The notes beneath the pieces are model-generated. The model did not search any database and was not told the DNA's origin. It worked only from the letters and a program-made list of their open reading frames with translations. DNA of 64,000 nucleotides from an uncultured Clostridiaceae bacterium (lineage in GTDB: Bacteria; Bacillota; Clostridia; TANB77; CAG-465): the NCBI GenBank assembly GCA_964653805.1, contig CAZZFS010000001.1, forward strand, positions 74,911 to 138,910, written 5' to 3'. Shown here one piece after another: positions 19,992 through 27,981 of this stretch (position 1 is the stretch's first letter; the number at the start of each line of letters is the position of its first letter). The position numbers were made by a program, and so were the translations under genes.

Positions 19992-21215
19992 ATGAAACTA
20001 AAAAAAGATAAAAAGTCAAAAAAAACAAAAAATATTATTATATTATCTTTATTTGTGATAGTATTAATTTTTGGAGCAAAACCATTATATAAAAGTTTTG
20101 TAAAATCACAAGTTACATACAATATAGTTAATGGTTATGTTGAAAAAACATCCAGTACAACAGCATATATAGTAAAAAAAGAAACAGTTTTAGATATAGA
20201 TAAAACAAGTTCAACAGTACCTATAGTTGAACAATATAAAAGGACTTCAAAAGGTGATATTATAGCTGTATACAAAAATAATAAATACGAAGAATATTTA
20301 AAAAAGATTGAAAGTATGGATAAAGAAATACAAACTTTAATAAAAGATTTACCTGTAACTTATTCTAATGAAGTCGAAAGTATAGATGATGAAATAGCGA
20401 AATTATCTAAAGAGTTAGTAAATGTAAATTCATATGTTAAAATGCAAGAATATAAAAGTAAAATAGATGAATTATCATATAAAAAGGTTATAACTTTAGG
20501 TGAAATAAGTCCAGCTGGTTCTAAAATAAAAGAATATATTGAACAAAGAAAAGCAGTAGAAGAAGAAAGTAAAAAATCTTCTGATAGTATAAAAGCAACA
20601 GCTTCAGGATCTGTAACATATAAAGTTGATAGTTTAGAAAATATAGTTGATATTGACAAATTATTAAATAGTTCAGATACAGAAATAGAAAAATTAATTG
20701 AAAAATATAATCAAAATGTAGATAGTAATTATGGTATAAAAATAGTAGATAATTTTAAAGCATATATAATTATTAAAGAACCGATTGGAAAAAATGATGA
20801 TTATATTAAAGAAAAAAATAATTATGAATTTAAAATGCTTGATAAAGAAAAAGAAATTTTTACAGGTAAATTGGTTAAAAATATAAAAAATAGTTCATAT
20901 AATTATTGTATATTTGAAATTAATGAAGGTATAGAAAAAATTATAGATTTAAGAAATTTAAATGTTGAAATTACATGGACAAAAGTTAAAGGTACAGCAG
21001 TACTTTTAGAAGGTATAAAAAAAGATTCTAATACTGGATATGAATATATAAATATTTTAAAAACAGGGAAATATCTTAAAGTACCGGTAGTTATTAAAAT
21101 ATCTAGTGATGGTATAGCTATAATCGAAAATATGTCTAATGAAAAAAGAAAAGAATTAAAGATAGAAAATACAGATACTTTTAGTTTATATGATCAAGTT
21201 ATAATACAAGAATAA
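19992..21215 (+). CDS. Membrane-anchored coiled-coil protein with HlyD/membrane-fusion-like architecture (tentative)
   Basis: N-terminal TM, a split lipoyl-like hairpin (VNGYVEK... / IKATASGSVTY), and a central coiled coil. Family assignment is by eye only. Confidence 0.4.
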   Translation: MKLKKDKKSKKTKNIIILSLFVIVLIFGAKPLYKSFVKSQVTYNIVNGYVEKTSSTTAYIVKKETVLDIDKTSSTVPIVEQYKRTSKGDIIAVYKNNKYEEYLKKIESMDKEIQTLIKDLPVTYSNEVESIDDEIAKLSKELVNVNSYVKMQEYKSKIDELSYKKVITLGEISPAGSKIKEYIEQRKAVEEESKKSSDSIKATASGSVTYKVDSLENIVDIDKLLNSSDTEIEKLIEKYNQNVDSNYGIKIVDNFKAYIIIKEPIGKNDDYIKEKNNYEFKMLDKEKEIFTGKLVKNIKNSSYNYCIFEINEGIEKIIDLRNLNVEITWTKVKGTAVLLEGIKKDSNTGYEYINILKTGKYLKVPVVIKISSDGIAIIENMSNEKRKELKIENTDTFSLYDQVIIQE

Positions 21216-21256
21216 TTTAAATAAATTAAAAATAATAAATAATAAATAATAAAATG

Positions 21257-21287
21257 AAAGAAGGTGATTTAAAAAATCACCTTCTTT
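21257..21287. terminator. Bidirectional hairpin terminator
   Basis: 14-bp stem aaagaaggtgattt / aaatcaccttcttt with loop aaa. Overlaps the 3' end of the minus-strand gene. Confidence 0.6.
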
Positions 21288-21853
21288 ATATATTTTTTAC
21301 CAGTTCTTTTATTTTTTAAAACTTTTATATTATCTTCTTGTTTTTGAACAGAAAAAATCTTTTTTTGTTCGCCTAAAATAAGTAAAAGTTGGTATAATTC
21401 ATAGTTTGTAAAATATGAAGAATCTAACATTTCATTTATAAATTTTTCATAATAATATTCTTTTGAACTTTCTACTAGTAGAGGAAAGTCTCTTAATTTG
21501 TTATATATAAATATATTTTCTGGTAAAATAGAAGAATATATAAGTGCTAAAGGTTCTTCAAAATCACCTAATGTATATTTAGTAATACAACAAGTAAAAT
21601 CTTTTAAAACATCATTTTTTTCACATATTTTGTTGTAAATTATAACTTTTAAATCTTTTGTAAGTATTCTTAAACAAGTATAATTTTCATTAGGGTATAA
21701 TATAGAATCTTTTGGTGATAAATAAGCAGTCACACCTCTTTTTTCTTGTTCTTTTACTGTTAATATTTTATTAGCATATTCAGATAATTTTATCCCATAT
21801 TTTAAAATAAAATCAACTTTTTCATTTTCAATATATATATATAAATTTTCCAA
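21269..21853 (-). CDS. Hypothetical 194-aa protein
   Basis: Long ORF with AGGAGAG Shine-Dalgarno upstream on the minus strand. No recognised motif. Confidence 0.6.
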   Translation of the reverse strand: MENLYIYIENEKVDFILKYGIKLSEYANKILTVKEQEKRGVTAYLSPKDSILYPNENYTCLRILTKDLKVIIYNKICEKNDVLKDFTCCITKYTLGDFEEPLALIYSSILPENIFIYNKLRDFPLLVESSKEYYYEKFINEMLDSSYFTNYELYQLLLILGEQKKIFSVQKQEDNIKVLKNKRTGKKYIKKVIF

Positions 21854-21990
21854 TTTAACACTCTCCTAATTGTTAATCTATTATAGCATATTTTTTATAA
21901 AAAGTTAATACATAAAGTAAAAACAATAATATTTATAAAAAAGATAATTAAATAAAAACAACAAAAATCTATTTTGTTTTACATAAAACA

Positions 21991-22019
21991 TTGACGGGGG
22001 GGTAAATAAATAGTATAAT
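21991..22019 (+). promoter_or_regulatory. Near-consensus sigma-A promoter TTGACG-17 nt-TATAAT with a G7 homopolymer across the -35/spacer junction
   Basis: TTGACG at 21991-21996, G-run at 21996-22002, TATAAT at 22014-22019. Confidence 0.55.
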
Positions 22020-22077
22020 GTATAGTATGTTAAAAATAATAAAAATAAAATGATTATTTTATGGGAGGATTTTTATT

Positions 22078-22554
22078 ATGAAGAAAAACAAAGGAGATTT
22101 GTTTCAGTTTGAAAGCGAGGGTGAATTTTATTTAAATGAAATCCTGACTAACTGTAATGAACTTCAAGTATTGGCAGATCAAGAGGAGAGATCTGTAACC
22201 GCTGTTTTTGGTGAAATATGTGAACACATATTGTTGATGGGAGAGGAAAAACAAATAAGTATTTTAGATGAAATGTTTGTTTCTAAAAAATTTTCTATTT
22301 TCTTTACTCTAACAAGAGAAACCTTAATAAAGAAGGAGTTGGGGGTTCAATTTGATGAAATAAAGAAAAGTATAAGAAAAAAATTTGGTGTACCAACACA
22401 TTATTTAAAATATGTAGAATTGTTATCAAAATCAATACTTTTAAAAAAGGAAGTAAGTAAATATTTTGAACTTTGGAGTGGAATTCCAATTGATTATGAT
22501 TCAAAGAAACGTAGCACTTCAGGATACCAAACAGTACATGCGTCACATTATTGA
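22078..22554 (+). CDS. Hypothetical 158-aa protein, paralogue A of a tandem pair; possible C-terminal HTH
   Basis: GGGAGG Shine-Dalgarno. Aligns with the next ORF (ISILDEMFVSKKFSIFFTLTRETL / LYLLDKMYLSNKFVVFFQAAREKL; YLKYVELLSKSILLKK / YLKNYELISKSPLLQK). Sampled lines give about 28-40% GC. Confidence 0.7.
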   Translation: MKKNKGDLFQFESEGEFYLNEILTNCNELQVLADQEERSVTAVFGEICEHILLMGEEKQISILDEMFVSKKFSIFFTLTRETLIKKELGVQFDEIKKSIRKKFGVPTHYLKYVELLSKSILLKKEVSKYFELWSGIPIDYDSKKRSTSGYQTVHASHY

Positions 22555-22574
22555 ACTAAGGAGGATAAAAAAAG

Positions 22575-23009
22575 ATGGTACAGGGAGAATACTGTCTAGA
22601 TGTTTTATTAAAGTATCCAGAGGTTACATTGTTAAAAGTAGCAGACGGACAGCTTAAATCCGAAACATATATTTTCAATAAAATATGTGAATTCGTTGAT
22701 GGATTACGTGAAGAAGACAAGTTATATCTGTTAGACAAAATGTATTTATCTAATAAGTTTGTGGTGTTTTTTCAGGCAGCTCGGGAGAAGTTGCAAGGAA
22801 AAAGTGAAGTGGAAATAAAAAAAAGATTGGGTGTTGGAAAAACATATTTGAAAAATTATGAACTAATATCAAAATCACCACTTTTACAAAAAAGCTTAGA
22901 TATTTTATATTTCTCATGGGATATAGACCGAGAAGGCGGAAGTTTACATCGAACTAAATACTTAACTTCCAAGAAAACTAAATATTGTAGATCAAAGGCA
23001 TTTGTTTGA
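22575..23009 (+). CDS. Hypothetical 144-aa protein, paralogue B of the tandem pair
   Basis: AAGGAGG Shine-Dalgarno 8 nt upstream. Paralogous to 22078-22554. Elevated GC. Confidence 0.7.
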   Translation: MVQGEYCLDVLLKYPEVTLLKVADGQLKSETYIFNKICEFVDGLREEDKLYLLDKMYLSNKFVVFFQAAREKLQGKSEVEIKKRLGVGKTYLKNYELISKSPLLQKSLDILYFSWDIDREGGSLHRTKYLTSKKTKYCRSKAFV

Positions 23010-23028
23010 ACTTGAATACAATTATAAA

Positions 23029-23066
23029 AAAGAAGTAAATAATTAATTTTATTTGCTTCTTTTTTT
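23029..23066 (+). terminator. Rho-independent terminator
   Basis: 12-bp stem aaagaagtaaat / atttgcttcttt (one G-U pair), a 10-nt loop, and a T-run. Confidence 0.65.
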
Positions 23067-23105
23067 GTCGAAAAAACACTTAAATTAGCACCTTTTGTCG
23101 AAAAA
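23063..23105 (+). repeat. Two direct copies of TTTTGTCGAAAAA spaced 30 nt apart (candidate operator/activator sites)
   Basis: Identical 13-mers at 23063-23075 and 23093-23105, just upstream of the -35 element at 23117. Confidence 0.4.
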
Positions 23106-23116
23106 CGATATAGTTA

Positions 23117-23145
23117 TTGACTATTAAAAAAAGAGGTGTTAAAAT
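23117..23145 (+). promoter_or_regulatory. Sigma-A-type promoter TTGACT-17 nt-TAAAAT
   Basis: Hexamers at 23117-23122 and 23140-23145, 22 nt upstream of the ATG at 23167. Confidence 0.45.
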
Positions 23146-23166
23146 CTGTTTTAAGGTGGTTTAGTT

Positions 23167-25035
23167 ATGCTTTTTATTATAGAGTTTTTAATCTATTTAT
23201 CGTATTTTATATATAAGCTATATATTTTTATTGATAGTGAATATATATATTCAAATAATGGTAGTAAATTAAAAAAATATTTACTTCAATCAGATTTATT
23301 ATCTAAAGAAAATTTATTAAATAATAAAGATTTAAATGGTAAAAATAATAAATTTTCTATAATAAAAAACAATAAAACTATTTTAAAAAACTTTTTTTCA
23401 ATAAAACAAATTATATATTTTCTTTTGATTTTTATTTCTATTTTAATTTTTAAATTTAGTATTTCATATGAGTTTTTTCAAACAAATTTTTTATACATTA
23501 ATATCTTAAATAAAAATATTGATATTATATCATTTCTTTCAAATAATAGTATTATTTTTAAATTATTATATTATTTTTTGTTTTCTTTTTTTGTAATAAA
23601 TATAATGTTTAAAATAAGTATATATATATTAAAAGAAAATTCAAAAAAAGAGTCTTTAAAGTTAAAAGATATAGATGAATCATGCAAATTAAATATTAAT
23701 ATTGGAGTAAATGAAAATTTAGAAGATGTTAATATTTTAGAAAATGGACTTTTTCAAAATATTTTAATTACAGGAAGTATAGGCAGTGGAAAGACAAGTA
23801 CTGCTATAACTAATATATTAAATGGCCTAATAAAAAACAACGTATTTGGTATTGTTATAGATGTAAAAGGTAGCTATATTAATATATTAAAAGAGTTAAT
23901 AAAAAGAAGTGGTAGGGCTGTTGATTTAACTGAAATTTCAATAGATAGTAAATTTAAATATAATCCTATTGATAAACCAAATTTAAGTAGTATTGAACTT
24001 GCAAATAGGATAAAAAAAGTTTTAGTATTACTTTCAAATGAAAACAATTCAGATTCTTTTTGGCTTGATAAATCAGAAGTATATATTCAATATTTTATAA
24101 CTATAATTAGAGCATATAAAAAATATGTTGATTTTTATGAGTTACATACACTCGTCATTGATAGTAATTATTTAGATAAAAAAATAAATATTATTAAAAA
24201 TAAAATAGTAAATAATGAATATAGTGATAGTGAGTTATTTAATATAAATTCTGCTATTATAAATATAAAAAACGAATATTTAAAATTAGATGATAGAACT
24301 TTAAATATAATAAAAGCGGAGATAACTAGAGTGACAAATGTGTTTGTTAGTGATGATAAAATATATAATCAATTTTGTCAAAAATCAAGTGATTTTAATA
24401 TAAATGAAGATAAAATAATTGTACTTTGTATTAGTATTGGTGAAAATGAAAAATTAGCTAAAATAATATCAACATATTTAAAGTTGGATTTTCAAAAACA
24501 AGTGTTATCAAATAATAAAGAAGATAAAAAAACAACGTTTTTTGTATGTGATGAATATCAAGTTTTTGCAAATTCGGAAGATGCTGAATTCTTTTCACTG
24601 TCTAGGGAATATAAATGTATAAATGTAGTTAGTATGCAAAGTTATACCTCACTTGTTAATAGTATGAAAAACAGACATTCTGCATATGTTATAATACAAA
24701 ATTTAGTAAATAAAATATGGTTTAGAAATGATGATTTAGAAACTGTTAATCAAATAATAAAACAAGTAGGAAAAAGTATGGTTGAAAATAAAAGTTTGAA
24801 TTTTAGTGAAACAGGACAAAACACAAAATATAATTTTTTATCAAAAGGATTTAAAGAATATAAATCAGGGCTTTCACAAAGCTATAGTTTAAGTGAAAAA
24901 TTAGAATATATTGTAGATGAAAAATATATAATGCAAGATTTAAAAACTTTTGAAGCAATATGTATGTTGTCAGATGGAAATAGCATTAATTTTGAAAAGA
25001 AAATAAAAATGAAAAGGTGGGATGAAAATGAATAA
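23167..25035 (+). CDS. Membrane-anchored type IV coupling protein-like ATPase (TraD/VirD4/TcpA-like)
   Basis: About 170 aa of N-terminal TM segments. Walker A ITGSIGSGKTST, then VIDVKGS, YNPID and SDSFWLDKS (the FW motif of T4CPs). Walker B FFVCDEYQVF. SMQSYTSL. Confidence 0.7.
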   Translation: MLFIIEFLIYLSYFIYKLYIFIDSEYIYSNNGSKLKKYLLQSDLLSKENLLNNKDLNGKNNKFSIIKNNKTILKNFFSIKQIIYFLLIFISILIFKFSISYEFFQTNFLYINILNKNIDIISFLSNNSIIFKLLYYFLFSFFVINIMFKISIYILKENSKKESLKLKDIDESCKLNINIGVNENLEDVNILENGLFQNILITGSIGSGKTSTAITNILNGLIKNNVFGIVIDVKGSYINILKELIKRSGRAVDLTEISIDSKFKYNPIDKPNLSSIELANRIKKVLVLLSNENNSDSFWLDKSEVYIQYFITIIRAYKKYVDFYELHTLVIDSNYLDKKINIIKNKIVNNEYSDSELFNINSAIINIKNEYLKLDDRTLNIIKAEITRVTNVFVSDDKIYNQFCQKSSDFNINEDKIIVLCISIGENEKLAKIISTYLKLDFQKQVLSNNKEDKKTTFFVCDEYQVFANSEDAEFFSLSREYKCINVVSMQSYTSLVNSMKNRHSAYVIIQNLVNKIWFRNDDLETVNQIIKQVGKSMVENKSLNFSETGQNTKYNFLSKGFKEYKSGLSQSYSLSEKLEYIVDEKYIMQDLKTFEAICMLSDGNSINFEKKIKMKRWDENE

Positions 25036-25486
25036 AATAATTGACAAAATAATAATTAAAAAAATAAATAAAATAGATAATAAAATAACAGAAAAAGTTA
25101 TACCTAAAACAACTGTTGAAAGTGTGGAAAACATAGCATCAATAGAAAACAAAAGATTAAAATTAATAAAAAATATAATAATTTTTCTAACAATAATAAT
25201 ATGTTTAAGTATTGTTTTATCTACAATTTATGGAGCTACAACAACACCGACTTTAGTAAATAAATTAAACTCTGCTTTTAAAAAGATTCAAGAATATTTA
25301 GTTAAACTTGCCACTCCAACAGCTGGGATTGCAATAGCTACAGGAGTTATGATGAGGAAGTTAAGTTTTGGCGATGAAGAAAAAATGGTAAAAGGTAAAA
25401 AAGTTATAGTAAATGCAATTGTAGGATATGCAATAATAATTTCTATAGATTTAATTATTAAATTTGTAAGTTCGGTATTAGACTAA
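25022..25486 (+). CDS. VirB2/TrbC-pilin-like small membrane protein (tentative)
   Basis: Charged leader of about 50 aa, a signal-like TM ending ...STIYGA/TTT, then a two-helix hairpin with a second TM near the C-terminus. ATG 25028 is probably the real start (AAGGTGGG Shine-Dalgarno). Overlaps the T4CP stop. Confidence 0.4.
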   Translation: MKMNKIIDKIIIKKINKIDNKITEKVIPKTTVESVENIASIENKRLKLIKNIIIFLTIIICLSIVLSTIYGATTTPTLVNKLNSAFKKIQEYLVKLATPTAGIAIATGVMMRKLSFGDEEKMVKGKKVIVNAIVGYAIIISIDLIIKFVSSVLD

Positions 25487-25487
25487 T

Positions 25488-26327
25488 ATGGAAGTTCAAA
25501 ATTTATTAAATAGTTTAAATGTGATTTCAGAAAAATTATTTAAAGCAGTAGAAGGGCAAGTATACGAAGTGCTAGATAATATTGTTATAATTGAGCCAGA
25601 TATTTTGACAACAGAACCTTTAAAAAATATATTTTTTGAAGATAAAATAAACGGTATTGTTATAATAGCTAATGCATTAATAATGTTTTACGTAGTGCAT
25701 TATATTTTTACACAATTAATAGCTGTATATAATGGAAATCAAGCTGAAAATATTTATCATTTTATATTAAAAACAATTATAATAACGTTAGTGGTAAATA
25801 ATAGTTATTTTTTGTGTCAACAAATTTTAGAAATAACAGATGCTCTAACTACTGGTATTTCAATATTTACAAGTGAATTATCAAAACAAGAAATAAGTTT
25901 TACTAATTTAAAAGAAAACATTATTTCAATGAAAGATTTTATGAATAGTGAATTATTAAGTTTAGATGGTTTAATAAAAGGAATAATTTCTTTTGGAGCA
26001 GTATCTATTTTGCTTAATTTTTCTATAAGATATGTTACAATTATATTTTTAATAATAATATCACCACTTGCTTTAGTAACGCTTTGCAATAGTTTAACAA
26101 GTGGTATTTGTAAATCATGGTTTAAAATTTTAATAGTTAATTTAAGTATACAACTTTTTGTTAAGTTAATTATATTAATACCGATAATGTATAAAGATGT
26201 TAATAATATAATGTATAAAATAATACTAGTTGGAACTATCTATATATTATATAAAATAAATAATTTTACAAAAGAATTTCTAGTTAAAATATCTTCAGAA
26301 GTACAGATGAAAAATATATTTAAATAA
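25488..26327 (+). CDS. Polytopic membrane protein, VirB6/TrbL-like (tentative)
   Basis: At least 5 hydrophobic helices. Starts 1 nt after the preceding stop. Position within a T4SS-like gene string. Confidence 0.35.
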   Translation: MEVQNLLNSLNVISEKLFKAVEGQVYEVLDNIVIIEPDILTTEPLKNIFFEDKINGIVIIANALIMFYVVHYIFTQLIAVYNGNQAENIYHFILKTIIITLVVNNSYFLCQQILEITDALTTGISIFTSELSKQEISFTNLKENIISMKDFMNSELLSLDGLIKGIISFGAVSILLNFSIRYVTIIFLIIISPLALVTLCNSLTSGICKSWFKILIVNLSIQLFVKLIILIPIMYKDVNNIMYKIILVGTIYILYKINNFTKEFLVKISSEVQMKNIFK

Positions 26328-26419
26328 TTAGAAAATTAAAAAACAAAATAAATTGTATTAAAAATAGAATATAAATATAAGTTATAAAAAAGATAAGTTA
26401 TAAAGGAAAAGGTATTTAA

Positions 26420-26767
26420 ATGGAAGAAATAAATGATAAAAAAAATATATATATGAATTATATAAGACAAAATAAATGGTTAGGTATAATAGATTATAAA
26501 TCATTGGTATGTATTTTAATCTATACATTTGGTATAATATATTTTTTAAGTTTAGTTAATATTAATTTAGAAATTCGTATATATATATTCTTTGTTTTAG
26601 TTATACCAATAGTTGCTTTGTTTTGTTTAAACACAAATAATCAAAATATAAGTACAGTAGATATTTTAATCATAATTTTAAAATATAAGTTTAATAGCAA
26701 GATATATGTAGATATAGATTCAAAAAAATATTTTGGACCTATAAAATATATAAAATATGACAAATAA
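26420..26767 (+). CDS. 115-aa two-TM protein, TcpE/VirB3-like (tentative)
   Basis: Short cytoplasmic N-terminus followed by two adjacent TM helices. Size and topology match VirB3/TcpE-type components. Confidence 0.3.
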   Translation: MEEINDKKNIYMNYIRQNKWLGIIDYKSLVCILIYTFGIIYFLSLVNINLEIRIYIFFVLVIPIVALFCLNTNNQNISTVDILIIILKYKFNSKIYVDIDSKKYFGPIKYIKYDK

Positions 26768-26920
26768 TGTTGATGTATTTTAATATATATGGTATAGTAT
26801 AAGATATATAAAAATACGGAAGATAAAAATAAAATTTGAAAAAAAGATTTAAATATAAATGAAATTAAAAAATAAGAGATATAATTATCAAAAAATGTTT
26901 TAAGTGTGGGAGAAATTATT

Positions 26921-27892
26921 ATGAAATTTGTACAAAAAAATAAAGTTGAATTAAGCGATACGTTATTACCTGATTTATTTATAACGAATTCTATGTTATC
27001 GTTACAAGAAGTAGATATTAAGTTATATTTATATATACTTTTTTTAAGTAAATCATCAAAAGAATTAGATCTTTTAGCAATAGCAAAAAAAATAGGCTTT
27101 TCTGAGCAAGAATTAAATTTAAGTTTTGATAGATTACAATCAGAAGAACTTTTAATTAAGACAACAGGTGGGTTTAATATAGTAGATTTAAAAGAATCTG
27201 AAATAAATAAATCATATATACCAAAAATAGAACCTAGAAGAACCAAAGTACAAACTGAACAAGAAAGAAAAAGAATTGCTGCTGCAACAGCTATAAATGA
27301 AAGCTTTTTTCAAGGTATAATGTCTTTAAGTTGGTATACAGATATAAGTTCAATGTTTGAAAATTATAAATTTACAGAAGAAGTAATGATAGCACTTTTT
27401 CATTATTGTCAAGAAAAAAAAGCATTAAATAAAAAGTATGTTCATGCAGTTGCAGAAACTTGGTACAAAGGCAATGTAAAAGCATTTGAAGATTTAGAAA
27501 AATTCTTAGAAAATTATGATAATATATTAAAAATAAAGCAAAAAATATCAAAAGCTTTAAGAATGAGTAGAAATTTCACCAAATATGAAGAACAATATAT
27601 TGATGTTTGGATTAAAGAATATAATTACGATTTTAATATGATAGAAGAAGCTTTAAAAAGGACAGTTTCTAAAGCTAATCCGACAATAAGCTATATAAAT
27701 GGAATACTTTCTAATTGGTATAAAAAAGGATATAAAGAAGTAAAAGATTTAGAAGATGATTTAAAAAATACTGCTGAAAAATATAAAACAATAGGAAATA
27801 AGTCGAATGCAAATCAAAATTCAAAATCAAAATATCAAAATTATGAACAAAGAAGTTATGATGATTTAGAATCTTTTTATGATAATATGTAA
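26921..27892 (+). CDS. DnaD-domain replication initiation / membrane attachment protein (Bacillus DnaB/DnaD family)
   Basis: Two DnaB_2-type repeats (SWYTDISSMFENYKFTEEVMIALFHYCQE...AETWYKGNV and YIDVWIKEYNYDFNMIEEALKRTV...ISYINGILSNWYKKGY). GGGAG Shine-Dalgarno before ATG 26921. Confidence 0.8.
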   Translation: MKFVQKNKVELSDTLLPDLFITNSMLSLQEVDIKLYLYILFLSKSSKELDLLAIAKKIGFSEQELNLSFDRLQSEELLIKTTGGFNIVDLKESEINKSYIPKIEPRRTKVQTEQERKRIAAATAINESFFQGIMSLSWYTDISSMFENYKFTEEVMIALFHYCQEKKALNKKYVHAVAETWYKGNVKAFEDLEKFLENYDNILKIKQKISKALRMSRNFTKYEEQYIDVWIKEYNYDFNMIEEALKRTVSKANPTISYINGILSNWYKKGYKEVKDLEDDLKNTAEKYKTIGNKSNANQNSKSKYQNYEQRSYDDLESFYDNM

Positions 27893-27981
27893 TTTGAATT
27901 GAAAATAAAAGAGTAAATAAAAAACAAACAAATATTATAAAAGAAAAAGATGATTTTTAAATTGTCAAAAAGGGGGATAGT

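Larger units (their letters stand above)
21991..26767 (+). mobile_element. Candidate remnant or minimal derivative of a conjugative element: regulatory-looking cassette plus a partial T4SS module
   Basis: A GC-elevated cassette lies next to T4CP, VirB2-like, VirB6-like and VirB3-like genes. No integrase, relaxase, VirB4 or flanking repeats were seen. Confidence 0.25.

Noticed and set aside
22304-22738. Overlapping ORFs 22304-22546 (-), 22466-22657 (+) and 22556-22738 (-) in the GC-elevated cassette.
   Set aside because: Higher GC means fewer chance stop codons. They overlap the two paralogues, which have strong Shine-Dalgarno sequences and mutual similarity.
26641-27246. 201-aa minus-strand ORF overlapping the TcpE-like and DnaD-domain genes.
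   Set aside because: No Shine-Dalgarno sequence, low-complexity hydrophobic translation, and antisense to two better-supported genes.
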